From Polymyxa betae A26-41 (lineage: Eukaryota > Protista > Endomyxa: Phytomyxea): DNA of 64,000 bases. The stretch lies in the NCBI GenBank assembly GCA_003693705.1, contig RBZT01000435.1, positions 248,001 to 312,000 on the forward strand. Direction: 5' to 3'. A program made the translations under genes and the position numbers. The notes beneath the pieces are model-generated. The model saw only the letters and a list, made by a program, of their open reading frames with translations, was not told the origin of the DNA and did not search any database. Below are positions 13,067-26,108 of this stretch, piece after piece; the stretch's first letter is position 1, and each line of letters opens with the position of its first letter.

Positions 13067-13565
13067 GCTGTTAGGATTGTCTACCAATTAGATCGTAACG
13101 GATGATGAAAGCTATCTGCCGCTCCCGGTTTGGAGAATCCAAGCGATTGCATTCCTGGGCCGAAGGATATAACCTGTTTCTAATTCCATTAACGATCACA
13201 GTCATTCATCATCTTGATGCTGCATACACTGAACAAACTAAAAAACTCGATCGTATCAGTAGCTATAACTGTTATTGATTTGAAAGGAATTGTGAGACCA
13301 AGTTTCCATTCGGGGATATCCAACCATTAATCGGGTTCTATGATGGAGACCATTGCTATTAGTGTTGCTGAGTACTTTACAATACCTACAAGCAACGGCC
13401 AAAGCTGATCTATATTGATCGTATTCTCATGAAGCAGCAGCAGACAATAGATCAGCGATGACTGGGGGAGGATGACTGCAATAGAGCACTGTTAAAACAA
13501 TCTGATGAATCATTCACAGTCATATGATATTTTCCTTCCATCAAGGTTGATTGAATCTTTATAAG

Positions 13566-14935
13566 TCAACCACCGATAGTGACCATTGGTCGGTTTGAAG
13601 ACCTTGCAATTTCGAGCATTTCAATACCGGCATGTCTGGCTTTCTTGGAATTCACCGATCTGCAAATCAAATCCTCGAGCTCTTCGTTGGAGCTGCCTTG
13701 TCGCATAGCATCTCTCAGACTAACTTCTTTGCTGTCGAACAGACAAACCTAGATCGTCGAACGGCGTTAGATTGAGAATGGCGCCGATTTCGGCATACCT
13801 TGAGGTTGCCATCGGCCGTCAAGCGAAGACGAGTGCAGGAATCACAGAAATGTTCACTGAATTTCTGATTAGACAAGAGCGTCCAAATTCAGCTCACGTA
13901 CCTCATCGAGCTTATAAATCCTATTCTTCCTTGAAATCCGGGGATCCTGTAAACTTTAGAAGTTTCGCTCGGTTCCGTCGGGCATTTCTGAATGTCCGGA
14001 AAACGCTGCTCGCAAAATAAGGTAAAGACGTAACCATATTGAAAACAACGTACGAGTTTGATGGATTGTAGCATATCAAAGTATGGCACAAATTTGCCTC
14101 GATCGAAATTGTTTTCTGCGAATGGCATCAGTTCAATAAAGCGAACTTCAAGGTTGCGAAATCTTGTGAATTCCACAAAAGCGGCCAATTCATCAGAGTT
14201 TACGCCTCGCATGACTACACAGTTCACTTTGACAGACTTCAAGCCGGCCTGTAAAGCGTTATCCACTGACATCATGACTTTGTCATGTCCTAAGCGCCTA
14301 GTTATCATCTGAAACCTCGACGAGTCTAAATTAGCAATGAGACTCAGTAGAGTAAACTTGGTGATAGTCTTTACCCATCGTGTCGAGGGAGATATTTACA
14401 GCATTCAGACCAACATTCGCCAACAAAGGAAGAAAACGCGAAAGCACAATCCCGTTTGTGGTCATGGCGATAGTCTTCAAGCCTTCTGGTCTCAACTGGT
14501 TTAGATTGGAGATTATATCCACGATGTCTCTATAATTTTCATTACATTTCCAGCATGAAACAAATGTATCCCCATACCTACGAAGAAGAGGCTCGCCACC
14601 ACTTAGGCGAATCTTATCGACACCTTGCTTAACAAAAATGGAAGCAATACGAAATATTTCGTCAGCGGTTAGAAGCAAGGAATTCGCGGTCAACGGAACG
14701 CCATTTTCTGGCATACAATAACGGCACCGAAGACTGCATCGCTATGAGCCTGATGAATCTCCTGACGCTTTCTAAGAAGTTGTAATACCTCGGTAAGCGA
14801 GATTCGAAGATACGAGTGGAAACGCCCAAATCTGTCTGATAAGACTGCGCCAGCTGGTCGCTCACTCGTCGCTGCATTGTTTAGTCGACGACCTGCTCTC
14901 GGCAATTGCTGTAGCAAAGATCGCTGCAGCAGCAT
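13566..14935 (-). CDS. moaA: GTP 3',8-cyclase MoaA (Cnx2/MOCS1A type), radical SAM, multi-exon
   Basis: [16 protein letters not shown]|[38 protein letters not shown] and C-terminal RPMVTIGG*. Confidence 0.95.
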
Positions 14936-15149
14936 CGGTAGAGCCAAGCGGCTGTAAAGTTCAAGGCTCCGAGATGATAAAAGACTTCAGATAAATTGCG
15001 GCTCGGACGTGAATGCAGGCAGTATGTTCATCCGAGATCCAGCAAATGAAAAAGGACATGTATCGGAAGTAAAATTCATTTATTTGCTGCTCTGAAATCG
15101 CTCTCCTAGCAAGTCGATTGGATCATTGAAGAAGCGATCGTCTTAAACG

Positions 15150-15743
15150 ATGTTTAAAGGCAGGCCTATGTATCAAGGGGAAACAAACCCGGTTGTGAAA
15201 GCATTGTATGCACTCTGGATTGTCAACTGGTTGCTTATCGCCGGCTTCTGCATATCAACCTGGGTTGCTGTTAGCTCTGGAGGTGTGGGCAGCGCTGGAG
15301 CATTCGTACTGATATGGATAACGTTGATGTTCATTGTCACATACCTTTGGAGTATCCTCTATATGCACGATGCCGACTGGCGAACAGGATTTTATACGGG
15401 CGCGTTCTGGGCTGCCAATATATTCCTTTTTTGCATTGCTTTGATGGAGGTAATACCTAGCTTGTAAACCTTGATCATGGAAAACGATTCTTCTCAGGTT
15501 GTTTACGCTGCGTCTCTAGCGAACACCTGGGGCCTGTCTAGTGGTCCATTCGTAGCAGTTGCCGTTTTTACTGGTCTCTTAACCGCTACTATTTTGATGT
15601 TTGCAATCAACTTATACGCGGCCCATCCCCAATTCGTCAACGAGCGACACACAGCAGGATTGAAAACAGCAAAAGTTGGCGAATACACTGGCGACGTTCG
15701 AACTACTCATCCTATGGGCACGCCAGTCGTCGGCGCTGTCTGA
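15150..15743 (+). CDS. Uncharacterised ~4-TM membrane protein, 2 exons
   Basis: Two hydrophobic ORFs joined in frame by an intron at about 15450-15498. Confidence 0.7.
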
Positions 15744-15998
15744 ATCATCCATCGACAACAATTAATAAAATCGCTGATTCCCGATGCATCATTTGTCTAA
15801 AGATGAGGAGAGAACTGTAAAACGACTGACTGCGACTGGATGCTGCGCTACCTCCTCTGCCCGTGTGCCTAAGTGAGAGGTACTCTCTCTGATCTCTTCA
15901 TAGAAGCAAGAGATCTCTCACCAACACGCCAGCTCGATCCGATTGTACGCCGCTGACCGGCACACATCTTAGACGACTCAGCTTCCTTTTCAGCGGCA

Positions 15999-16202
15999 AT
16001 GAGCGACGATCAGCTCGCCAAGAAGAACCTGGAGCTCGAACATTTAAGGAAGGAGGCGGACGTTCTGAAAGAGGCGATGCAGCCGGAAGCTGCCGCGTCC
16101 AAAATTGTACAGTTCATACAAAGCAAACCAGACCCGTTCCTGGAGCACGATAACGAATGGATTCGAGATCGGAATGCCGGCTGCGCTTGCGCCATCATGT
16201 AA
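15999..16202 (+). CDS. Heterotrimeric G-protein gamma subunit
   Basis: 67 aa, N-terminal coiled coil, DPFL..NEW motif and CAAX end CAIM. Confidence 0.88.
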   Translation: MSDDQLAKKNLELEHLRKEADVLKEAMQPEAAASKIVQFIQSKPDPFLEHDNEWIRDRNAGCACAIM

Positions 16203-16421
16203 CAACTGCATCAACTTCTAGATCGTCTCTGCAACCGATTGCTACGTATATCGCTCTCAAGATTATTTTGACCAACATTAACCGATATTGGAACCGACGG
16301 TTCAAACACCTTAATACAAGGGTTGTATAATGTCCGATTACTTTCCCGAATTGGTCGGATGCTTTGCTGATAGAAAATAGTGAGCTAAAGAAGCTTAATC
16401 ACGAAATTATTGACTCTGGAT

Positions 16422-16452
16422 TCTGTCACATAGAATGATTCTATGTGACAGA
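16422..16452. repeat. Perfect 15-bp inverted repeat with 1-nt spacer
   Basis: TCTGTCACATAGAAT-G-ATTCTATGTGACAGA. Confidence 0.95.
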
Positions 16453-16510
16453 GAATCTATATGATGACTAACTTGGAGGTAACGCATAACACACTACGTA
16501 GTAAGCAGCA

Positions 16511-17661
16511 ATGAATGACGATAGCGGCGATGAGGCCGTGACAGCAATGGCGTCTCCAGTTGCCGACCGAACCGCTGATTACACACGCTCAGATCCTAGC
16601 AGCGAGCCCGAACTCATACAAGCTCTGCCCGAGCATCTCAAGGCCGGGCGCACCATCTATGTTCGCGGGCAACGTGCTTGCATCATCGAGGTTCTTTGGT
16701 TCTGCTTGATTGCAGGCTGAGCCGCTTATGCTGTTTAGATTGATTTCCCGAATATCTTCTGGTGTGTAGATGGCACAGAGACGGTTAAGCATCGAAATTA
16801 CGAAGTTGATCAGGAAATGTTTCAGGTTGTACAGGTGTGTAGAGATTCTTGAAAATTAAAACAACATTTAATATCTCCTGTTTAGGGCACAGAAGGTATA
16901 AAAGATATCAATAATCCCGCTCGAAGTGGTACATCGTCGAGACCTTTATTCCCTATGCCGACCGGCGGCACTGCTGATGCCTTAACATCCGACAATGCCG
17001 ATAACAGCGATGACCAGACGTCCCTCATGGATTCCCTGATGGGGCAGCTGAGCTTTAGGCCGCTTTCGGTATACTCTGAAGAGCATGGCGCTGATATCAG
17101 CTGCTTCGACACGAATGCTCGCATTCATCTTCTACATTGCTCTGCATCGCATTTTCGATTTCCCAATAAGCTAGCGTCCATATTTGTTCAAGGTTGCTCA
17201 GAATGTAATATTCAGTACAATTCTATGATTTCTAGCGTAGAGCTTTTGAAGGTCCGTCTGTGTTTGCTGGAATTTAATTTTATCTTAACTGCCTTTAGTG
17301 CTTTTCTAGCGAAATTCGCTGCACTAGCGAATGTGGCACCATTACTATAGAGTCTTGCGCTGACATAACTTTCACATTTCCAACCTCGTCCTCAGCAGTT
17401 CTTATAGTTTGCACGAACTCTCGAAATGTCCTTTTACGTGCAGATCGAGATGGCCAGATTGTTAAGGAAACGGTTATCAGCATTAAAGACCAGCAAGGCG
17501 AAGGCGAAGGCGAAGGGGAGGGCTTTTCAGAGATGGCTAATGCGGCGCCGTTGCAGCATCCTCAAATCAGGACGCTGTGGGATGGGTCATCGTTCGACAG
17601 CCAACCCATTGAGCGCGATAATGCTCACGTTTCGGGCCATATTCGCAATTTGAATGGTTAA
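16511..17661 (+). CDS. CAP C-terminal (CARP beta-helix) domain protein, multi-exon
   Basis: NKLASIFVQGCSECNIQYNSMISSVELL|..CGTITIESCADITF..IVCTNSRNV..PQIRTLWDGSSFDS resembles CAP_C (QFKTLWNG). Confidence 0.72.
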
Positions 17662-17672
17662 TACACAGTTTA

Positions 17673-20600
17673 TTATGGTAATTGAACCGGATCTGGCCTA
17701 CGAGGCCGAGATAACTGTGCAGGTCTAAAGCACAAATGACATGCATTATGAACAGCACAGGACTGATGCAAAGCATGACCGCAAACGAACAGAATATGGT
17801 CGCTGCGATCAAGCGAGCATCCACAAACTGAACATGATGCAGACGACACGATCGGCCTGGCCATCATTTTGCACATTCTGGCAACAGATAAATTATTGTC
17901 TTCTGTCATGATGGCGTTGCAAAGGCGCAACATATCAGCGTCGGAAGCAAGGGTCTCGATCAAAGACAGAATCGTTTCCCGAAATTCGACATAAACAGAA
18001 TCGCTATGATCAGATATGGTTTGCAGCAAAATTGAGCTCAACGGGACGTAGCCTCGCATAGCCGCCAGAATTCCTGAAATATTTGAGCCAACATCATGTG
18101 GATTATATGAATACTTTAAGACCTTGGATTGATTCTACAAGCGCAAATACCACTAAAGGGTCTGATTCATTGTTCCTCCTCTTAACGAAACAGTCGAGGA
18201 CCTGGAGCCATCGCCTCTCGTTTTCGGAAAACTGTGAATGACGTTGGCAGAGAGCAGAAAGGTCTGAGACCGATTGCTTCAATTCCGGAGCCGAACGAAG
18301 AAGCTCTAAGTCTGATAGTCGAATACGACGATTTCGCTCGAAATTACGTGATTGCGCTTCATTTCGTAGTGCAAGCACTAAAGGATCCAACGAATCCAAC
18401 ATGACGTTAAGAGCGCCATCAATGTCACCTGTATAAAATGAGCGTCCTTACCGATCACAAAAACTAAAGATACCAGTGCGCTCAAGTAAGAAACAAACAG
18501 CGTCGACAATCTTGAATTGCTGGCAGATGAGCAGCACACTCTCCATCTTTCGTAAATCAGACGCAAATATGCAATGAGCAAATTATTCTTACAGAGTACT
18601 CGTAATGCGACTTGATGTAGGGCAGGACTTGTTTAGGGTCGAAATTTGCGAGAAGTTGGATAAAGGTTTCGTTGATTTCAGGAGAAGCTTCGAACTCTGG
18701 AATCTCTAGCAGTCCTTGTAGAAACGGGAACTGGAGTTCAGGGATATGACTCAAACTCTTGATTGCATCATGAACTTTATCAGGATAGAGCTCCATCATT
18801 AACGCTGCCTAAAGACGCATATTAGTGAGCATCAACACGGATAGTATAACCCACCGTATGCGCTCCATCGACAGCAACTAATGGCTTAATTCGAGCCAAA
18901 ATCTGTTCGCGCAATGAGCTTGCATTTGCTTCCCGCAATGACGAAAACAGGTATTCGAAAACGGACGGATCCGGCTCAGGGCATGCTAAAAACGCATCCA
19001 AACTGCTGATGACATCACCCGACATTTTGTACAGGTCAATAGTCAACAAGCGATACTCGACAGTACGAGCCGCTACTATCATCAGCGACAGCACTTCGCG
19101 ATCAGGAGGCAGACGAATAAGAATTGTTCTAAGAACGGCCTCCTGATCTCTAGCTGACAGCAGCTGAAATATAACCAGTCGTAGGAACAGCGGCGATACC
19201 AGAACGACACCATCTGCTAACGGTTTTGATAAGGCTCTAGTTAAAGAAGCGAGATCATCCTCAGTGAATGGGTGAAGAGGGATTGGTATAGTCCAGCCAT
19301 AGGGGCAAGTGACACAATCACGAGCGTTAACCATTGCAGATAGCAGAGCGTCAACAGCAACATCACTGGTGATACCGAATTGCGCTGGCTTCTCAGTCTT
19401 GCTGATCAGTCCAGCGAGGACGGATTGTTTAGAGGTTGAAGGTCGCCCCGACGTAGCCCAGATGTCCAGTAGCAACATATCGCCGATTGCTGGAATGAGT
19501 TCGGAAGCATGACGACTCAACAAACGACGTAAAACGGGGGAATCCGAGCTTAGCAGGTATGTTAGAACGTCCTGCTTATCTTCAACGGTTGATGACAGAG
19601 CGAGATAACGTTTTATGTGGCGAACAGCATGATATTCAGCCGGATTGCCTTCTTCGATTGAAGACAACAAGTCTCGGACGGGTATAGAGGGTGCCAATTG
19701 GGTTCGCTGACACAATGAGAAGAGAGCAGACCACATTCGGTTCTGAACGCAAATCGGTCGCAGCTTATCGATATCAGTGGGCTCTAGGACCGAAAGGCAG
19801 CGTTCCAGCCGGGGCGAGTCCCGAAACGCGGAAACACATTCGGTAACGACTCGAAGAGGAACACGACGAACGTCGCTGCTGGTCTCTACGGCATCCAGAA
19901 CGGCGTTTAAGAAGCTGGTGAGATGGCTGGCCGAATGCTTGAACACATCGTCGAACAGGAATTCGACATTGTTGAAACTGATGCAATAGTAAAAGACATT
20001 GGCATAAACGGCCTCCATATCGGAGCCCGAATTTGCCTTCAAGTAGGACAGAATCAGCGTTCGAAGACGAGATGTTAACAGGCTGCGTTCTTCAATATGG
20101 TCTTCGGCCTAAGCAGAGTATTTAATCATCATAGAGCAAACATAGAGATCATTAACCTGGTATAAATCAAGTGCCAGCGATAGTGCTTCTAGCCAACGCC
20201 CTGATTCAGTTAGAGAGCGAATCCGGTAAAGCGGATTCAGCATCGCGATTTGATACAGTGCGCCATTGGCGGCCAGCATCACCAGCGATGCATTCGGTAC
20301 CAGCTGGATCCTGAAACAGCTTAGCGTTGCAATCGCAATCATGCATGTTTGGGTTACGCGTGATCTGAGCTCAAGACTGATTGCAGCGTTGACGGATGGT
20401 TGTACTTGTCGTGGGTGGCGACGGCGACTCCAGCGATGCTCATCGTCTGCAGCTTGGTCATAGACTTTACATCAAGAGCGACCAGTTTGTTTTCGCTGAT
20501 AAAAGCGACGCAGGAAATGTTGACAATCGCAACGAACGCCAACGGAGATTTCGACAGCGATATTTTTTGCAGCTGCATTAACTGGCGATCGCGAATCTGG

Positions 20601-21712
20601 AAGGTCACAATAGCGCCCTGCTGTTCGACAGCCAATATCTGTTCGTATTGGACACCCCAGGCTATGCAGGAGCACATTGATGGAAGTGGAAGACGGCTGA
20701 GCTGAGTTGGTCGTGTCCCGGTTAATTCATAAACTGTGAGATCTTTGAAACATGCTACAAAGGCGCACAGGTTGCCTGCAACTGCAGCGCTTGTGATCTG
20801 ACCCAGATCGCGCTGAATAGGCGCCTTGGATACAGACCAGCCAATGATGTGTTTGTTAAAGAATGTGAGCATTGCAACCCCCTGAGAAACAATGTTCGTT
20901 TGGCAAAGAAACACACTTTTTCTATAAGTGAAAAGCAGGTTAAGGCTCTGGCCAAAGATTGAAAAGCGGAAACAAAATTCAAGCAAGAAATGAAAACAGT
21001 CATTACCTTAACATCAACAGAAACGGCGGAAATGCTGGTGCAGGGCACAGCTCTTAACGAGGTGATGGGATTCACGTGCATTCCCGTCACTGATTTCACC
21101 GTTGCTTTGGAGACGACATCCCACCTAAGGATCCGGGTATAAACAGATAGAACATTATGGTGCAGTTGATCATTGAAAAAGATATAACGAAACTTCATTC
21201 GGGCTTACAGAACGAGAGTCCCATTCTCGTGACCAACAACAAGATGTGACCCAGAACCTGTTATGTCGGCTGCAGAAACAGCACCATATCGGCCTGCGAA
21301 AACTAAGGCGCCGGCTTCGGTATAAGTTTCGAAACATTACGAGACTGATCGTTATCAAATAGCATTGCAGCCGGAACTCCAGCAAGCGGCGACATGACGA
21401 CGCTGCCGCTGGTCGTCCCGATGGCGACATATCGAGCTTGTAGAGCAATACAGGTAGGTTTTCCATGTTGTGCTGGTAAGATCGGAGGCAATCGAATCAG
21501 AGCCGAGAATAAATCAGCAGAAGCCGAAGGGCGCTCATCGTTCTAGGCTAGCGTCAGCATCCTACTCGGCAAACGACATCGCCCGGCATTACATCGGCTT
21601 GCTTCAGTCGATAGAGCTGCAATTCACTAGGGCGTAAGGGACGCTCCGCATCTTCTGGTCGGGGACTGGGCTCGGAATCAGGCCGGATGTCGTCTGTCTC
21701 GAGATGGCTCAT
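17673..21712 (-). CDS. VPS8: VPS8-like CORVET subunit (WD40, alpha-solenoid, C-terminal RING)
   Basis: HGKPTCIAL..YVAIGTTSG, SGRWLEALSLALDLY, FIQLLANFDPKQVLPYIKSH, ERRWLQVLD, MRGYVPLSSIL, CSVC..FVCGHALH..C. Confidence 0.82.
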
Positions 21713-22142
21713 GAACGAACATTAAATCCGTCGTCTGGGGCCGCATCCTCTTAGCTCGTCCTATCGATCCATTATGTCACGTTGCCATCATTGTTACGGT
21801 CACGTTCAGTCTGGCCATGATTTCCTGTCATTATCAAAAATGCTTTCTAGTTAGATATTCTCGCATCTCCCCTCATAACAGTGTTCGAGCCCGCAGGAAA
21901 GTTTTGCCTCTATAATTGTGTCTTTGCTTAAGTTTTATTCAAGTACAGCAAAGAAAAAAAAATTGGCCAAACTCATGGGCCAAGCGAATGGGATTCGACA
22001 ATAAGGCTTTCTTTATGTAAACCAACACCATTTTGAGCCCAACAGGTCGAGATCTGGAAACAAAAAGTTGTGGGTGATTAGAGAAACCCCATCAAGTCAT
22101 TTGATTGTATCTGTATTAGAAAGTCGAAGTTATTCTTTGCAT

Positions 22143-22644
22143 TCAGGTGTCAGCGATTGAGCTCCATTGGCTTGGCTCTGTTGTAGAGTATCTCAACAGT
22201 AATGATTCGATGACGTCCAGCTCTTGTGCCATTTGCCGAAGTGGCTCATCCCAATAAGTACACGATCGCAGCTCATCCAGTTTATGTTGAACATGCTCGT
22301 ATAAGCGCCTGACCACGATTTTCATCAGCTTTTCTTGATCTGCTGATAACATGATGATTCCTTGGCCAAATGAAAAACTGGTCGCTGTTCGCAGATACTG
22401 AAATCGTTGTCTCGAACTTTCTCGAATGTCATTACATTTACAAACGATAAACTCATCAAAAGCCTTTTATAAACTCAACAAAAGCCTTTACATATGGCAA
22501 AAAATTGCATCGTTCCGTTAGCGTTATTCTATCAACTGAAAATGTGTTTGCAGAAGAATTCAGCTGTAAAAAGAAAGCCTCGGTAACCGCAGATTCCTTT
22601 GCACAGGCTGTACAGGGTCGCCAACTGCCACCGCTAAACAGCAT
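22143..22644 (-). CDS. Possible small gene or pseudogene interrupted by a 22-bp duplication
   Basis: Two ORFs become one open frame if one copy of the duplication at 22447-22489 is removed. No recognisable domain. Confidence 0.3.
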
Positions 22645-22793
22645 AATGCTTCTATATTATCATGACCGTTGGCTGATTACGAACACCAGAGCTTTGCTAG
22701 AAAGCTTTCGCAATGAGGGTTCGGTCCATATTCGGTGATAATCAGTCCGCGCCTGTCTTCAACCCTTTCATTCCCAATAACATTGGCTTTACT

Positions 22794-24654
22794 ATGGGCT
22801 GGTCTTGTTCAGCCTGCACTTACAACAATGCCAACATGGCATCGACAGCGTGCGAAATCTGTGGCACAGCTCGACCGGCTCAGGCAGCTGCTGCACCTGT
22901 CGTCAAGGTCTGAGAGATGATCTTGTTGCTAGAATCGTCGTGTTTAATGGTTCTGCTCAGGCTCAGGGAACAGGTTGGGCTTGCCACCAATGCACATACG
23001 TCAATGTGCCTTTAGCGACAAGATGTGCTATTTGTGACTCTGTACGAGCCGATGATATGATGATGATTGATGATGATGATGAAAAGATGCCTCCTTCCAC
23101 CAGCCCAGTTTCAAGGCTGAATGCAATCGATCTTACAGGATCGCCCGCTCCTCAACGTCCAGTAGCGAATGGGGTCGCTGTTTCACAAAATGCCATGAAA
23201 CTGCCCAGCGAATTGGAAGCGAAAAGGCTGTTGGCTGAAGCCCAGGCGAAAGAACAGGAACGCATTCAAAAAGAGCAAGTCTTAAAGTCCAAGCTGAAAG
23301 AGCAACGAATGCGAGACCTTGCTGAAAGGAAGGAAGAAATCGCACGCGAGAAGCGGGAACTTGCAAAAAAGAAAGATGCTGAACGCTTCGAGTCTACGAA
23401 ACAGCTCTTCGAAATGGAGAAACGCCACCAAGAAGAGCTTCGGCTTGCTAAAGAAAGGCGTAGTCAGGTTGAACAGTCTCTTCTTGATATTCCCAGGTAA
23501 TAATTATCCTCATCTTCGCTTTTTTTTATCTCATTTGATGCATAGTGCAATTCGGTTTGTTCATGAGCGTTATGGCATGGAAGCTGTTAAGGTAGTCAAT
23601 CAAATCTCTTAAATCGAAACGCTTATTGGGGTCAGGACGTCTTATCGCTTATATCGAAGATTCTTTTCAACATTATTCGATCGCCGAATGAAGAGAAGTT
23701 TCGGATGATTCTGACTTCCAGTCCGTCGTTCCAAAACCGGATCGAAAGCCGCTTGGGGGCGTCAGTTCTGATGAAGCTGCTTGGTTTCCAGTATCAGCAA
23801 TTAGAAGACGGGACTGGCCAAAAACGAGAAGCTCTCTTCATGGCCTCTCCTAATCTCACATTCCTCCAAACTGAATACGAGAAAATGATGGCTTTATTGA
23901 ATCGTCCCGAGACCCGCCTGCACACATACCTGCCACCACCGTCTCAAAACGAGGATATCCCACTACTCTTTCTCATGTCTTTTCGTCAAGTTCTTGATAA
24001 CATCGTCGTTGCGCCAACCTCGTGCGTCGCTGGCAAGGTTACATATCTCTCTCGTTGTTTTTTTAAGGGATTGTGACAGTATTTCAGATTGACAGACGCT
24101 CCGACATTTACAAAGCTTTCTTCGCGGCATTCGCCCCTGCCGCGTCAGTTCTGAAGGAATTCGACTTTGAATTTCAAGATGTTTTCTGGACGTGGAAGGG
24201 AAAGAATTTGATCAAACTGCAGAGAGGAGTTCGTGATCTCGACAAGGAAATCCTTAAACGACTATCGAACTGTTCGATTGTCAAAGCACTGGATTATGTC
24301 AGTGGTCATAATTCTCGTTCTGCAACAAGTGCTTTAGTAGAGAAAGTACAAGCTGTGCTGACAAATATCGTCAATGATATGCATCAGACAAGTCGTCATG
24401 TCGTTCCGTTACAGCCATTGCTCGTAAGCCTACCGTTTTGTTCGCGAACGTTTTTCGCTCAGCGATAATTGTAGAAACTTACTGGACCTATTGATGGCCT
24501 AAGAGAGTTCTTGACCGCATTAGGATTCCATGTAGATCCCGAATTGAAAATTGCCAGAGTACCTTATCCATATCAGAACGGAATTGAGCCGTATCGTTTG
24601 GGTTTGGAGATTGTCCAAGTAGCTTGGAAGAGAATATTAAAGTCATTAAGATAA
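22794..24654 (+). CDS. Two RanBP2-type zinc fingers + coiled coil + PUB-like domains (probable p97 cofactor)
   Basis: WSCSACTYNN, WACHQCTYVN, ILFNIIRSPNEEKFRMILTSSPSFQNRI..LMKLLGF and further PUB-like repeats (EFLTALGF). Confidence 0.8.
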
Positions 24655-24753
24655 GATTGTAAACATTTCACTTCTGTATTCGACGTTTCATCATGAACAG
24701 AGATGTTAATAGTTGCATTAATAAACATGAATCGAGCAGAAGTCAGATAATAA

Positions 24754-25715
24754 TTACAGTGGTTTACTACTATTACTTGAAATGTTCGATTTCCTGCGCT
24801 TTTTGAAGCTGAACTGGATTTTCTGATTACCATCGACAGCCGGTTTCTCATCGACTTTTTCATCCTCTCGCTGCTTTTCAGCCCTGGCTTTTCGAGCTTG
24901 GATTCTTATTGCAGGAAGGCCATAATCATTCTCTAGTTCTGCGATTTGTTCGCGCTCTGTGTATTCATCTATGTCAACATAAGAAGTAGGCACCATATCT
25001 GGGTTCGGTAACGATTGCACTGGCTCCTCTTCGTTTTCAGGCTCCTGCAAAAATTTAAAGACAATCAAAGCTATTGAATCCACTAACCTCCAGGATTTCC
25101 TGGGTTTGCTCGTGCACAGGAACATTTTCCCAGACGCCAATCCCCGTGGCTTCGTCGATTTCAACGTCAGCACGTTTTACATAATCAATAAATGTCGGAG
25201 GTGGTGGCTCTGACGAGAAGAATTTGTGCTCTGGAAATCGGTCATCAGGATCTTCGATTACTGGTACCTGCTGCTGGAACTCTTCTTCATCTGGACCTCT
25301 ATATACTTGAGGTCCAGCACGAGATGGAGCTGCTGTCAGTGAAACAGGTTCGTATAGATAATTGCCTCCAGCGGCAAGCGCGGACGAACGAATAAACCCG
25401 GAATGAGCATCGCCATGAAGTGCAGCGACGGCAGCTTGTTCAATTGCGCGAATTTCGGCTTCCTTGTCCTGCTGCAATCGCTTTTGATCGAATTCGCGCC
25501 TTCTGAGCGCCTTCATCTGCTGCCGCATATTGTTCTGATGTCGACCAGCAGCTTCATGCTGGCGGATTTTCTGTAATGGACGTTAAACCGATGGGAGCCA
25601 GTACGTCTGTCACACCAACGTTGGGATGTCCGTCGACAAAGACTTTGCAGACATTGCACCAATGCTTATCGTTGGGCCTGGCCCAAGTCGCCGTCGTATT
25701 TGGTAGTCGACTCAT
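24754..25715 (-). CDS. U1/matrin-type zinc finger splicing-associated protein (WBP4/ZOP1-like)
   Basis: KHWCNVCKVFV..HEAAGRHQNNM followed by coiled coil. Ends with ATGIGVWENV and FSFKKRRK. Confidence 0.75.
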
Positions 25716-26108
25716 CGCTCTTGAATAATCCCGGACACCGGATAGACAGTTGCGAATATATGAATCTTCGACGGTGGACCAGCAAGACGAACTGGACTTA
25801 AACACGTGCTGCGACGAATTTATTTCCGAAATATCACTAAGCAGTTTGAGGAATTTCGGTAAACGAACGTTGTTCTGTTAGGAAGCAAACTTGCTCTATC
25901 AATCGAGAATTCAAGATATTCGTTGAACCTGTGGAACCTGGAAAAACGGAACATTTTTTAACGAGAAAGCATATCTTCTCGATTTATTATTAGCAAATCC
26001 TGCGACTAAGCTCTGCATTGATTGAGCTCGGTTATGTTAGTAATAATGCCACATCATCTCTGTCAAATTCTCCTATTGCTAGATTGAACCTTTTCCTAGA
26101 CCATTCAA

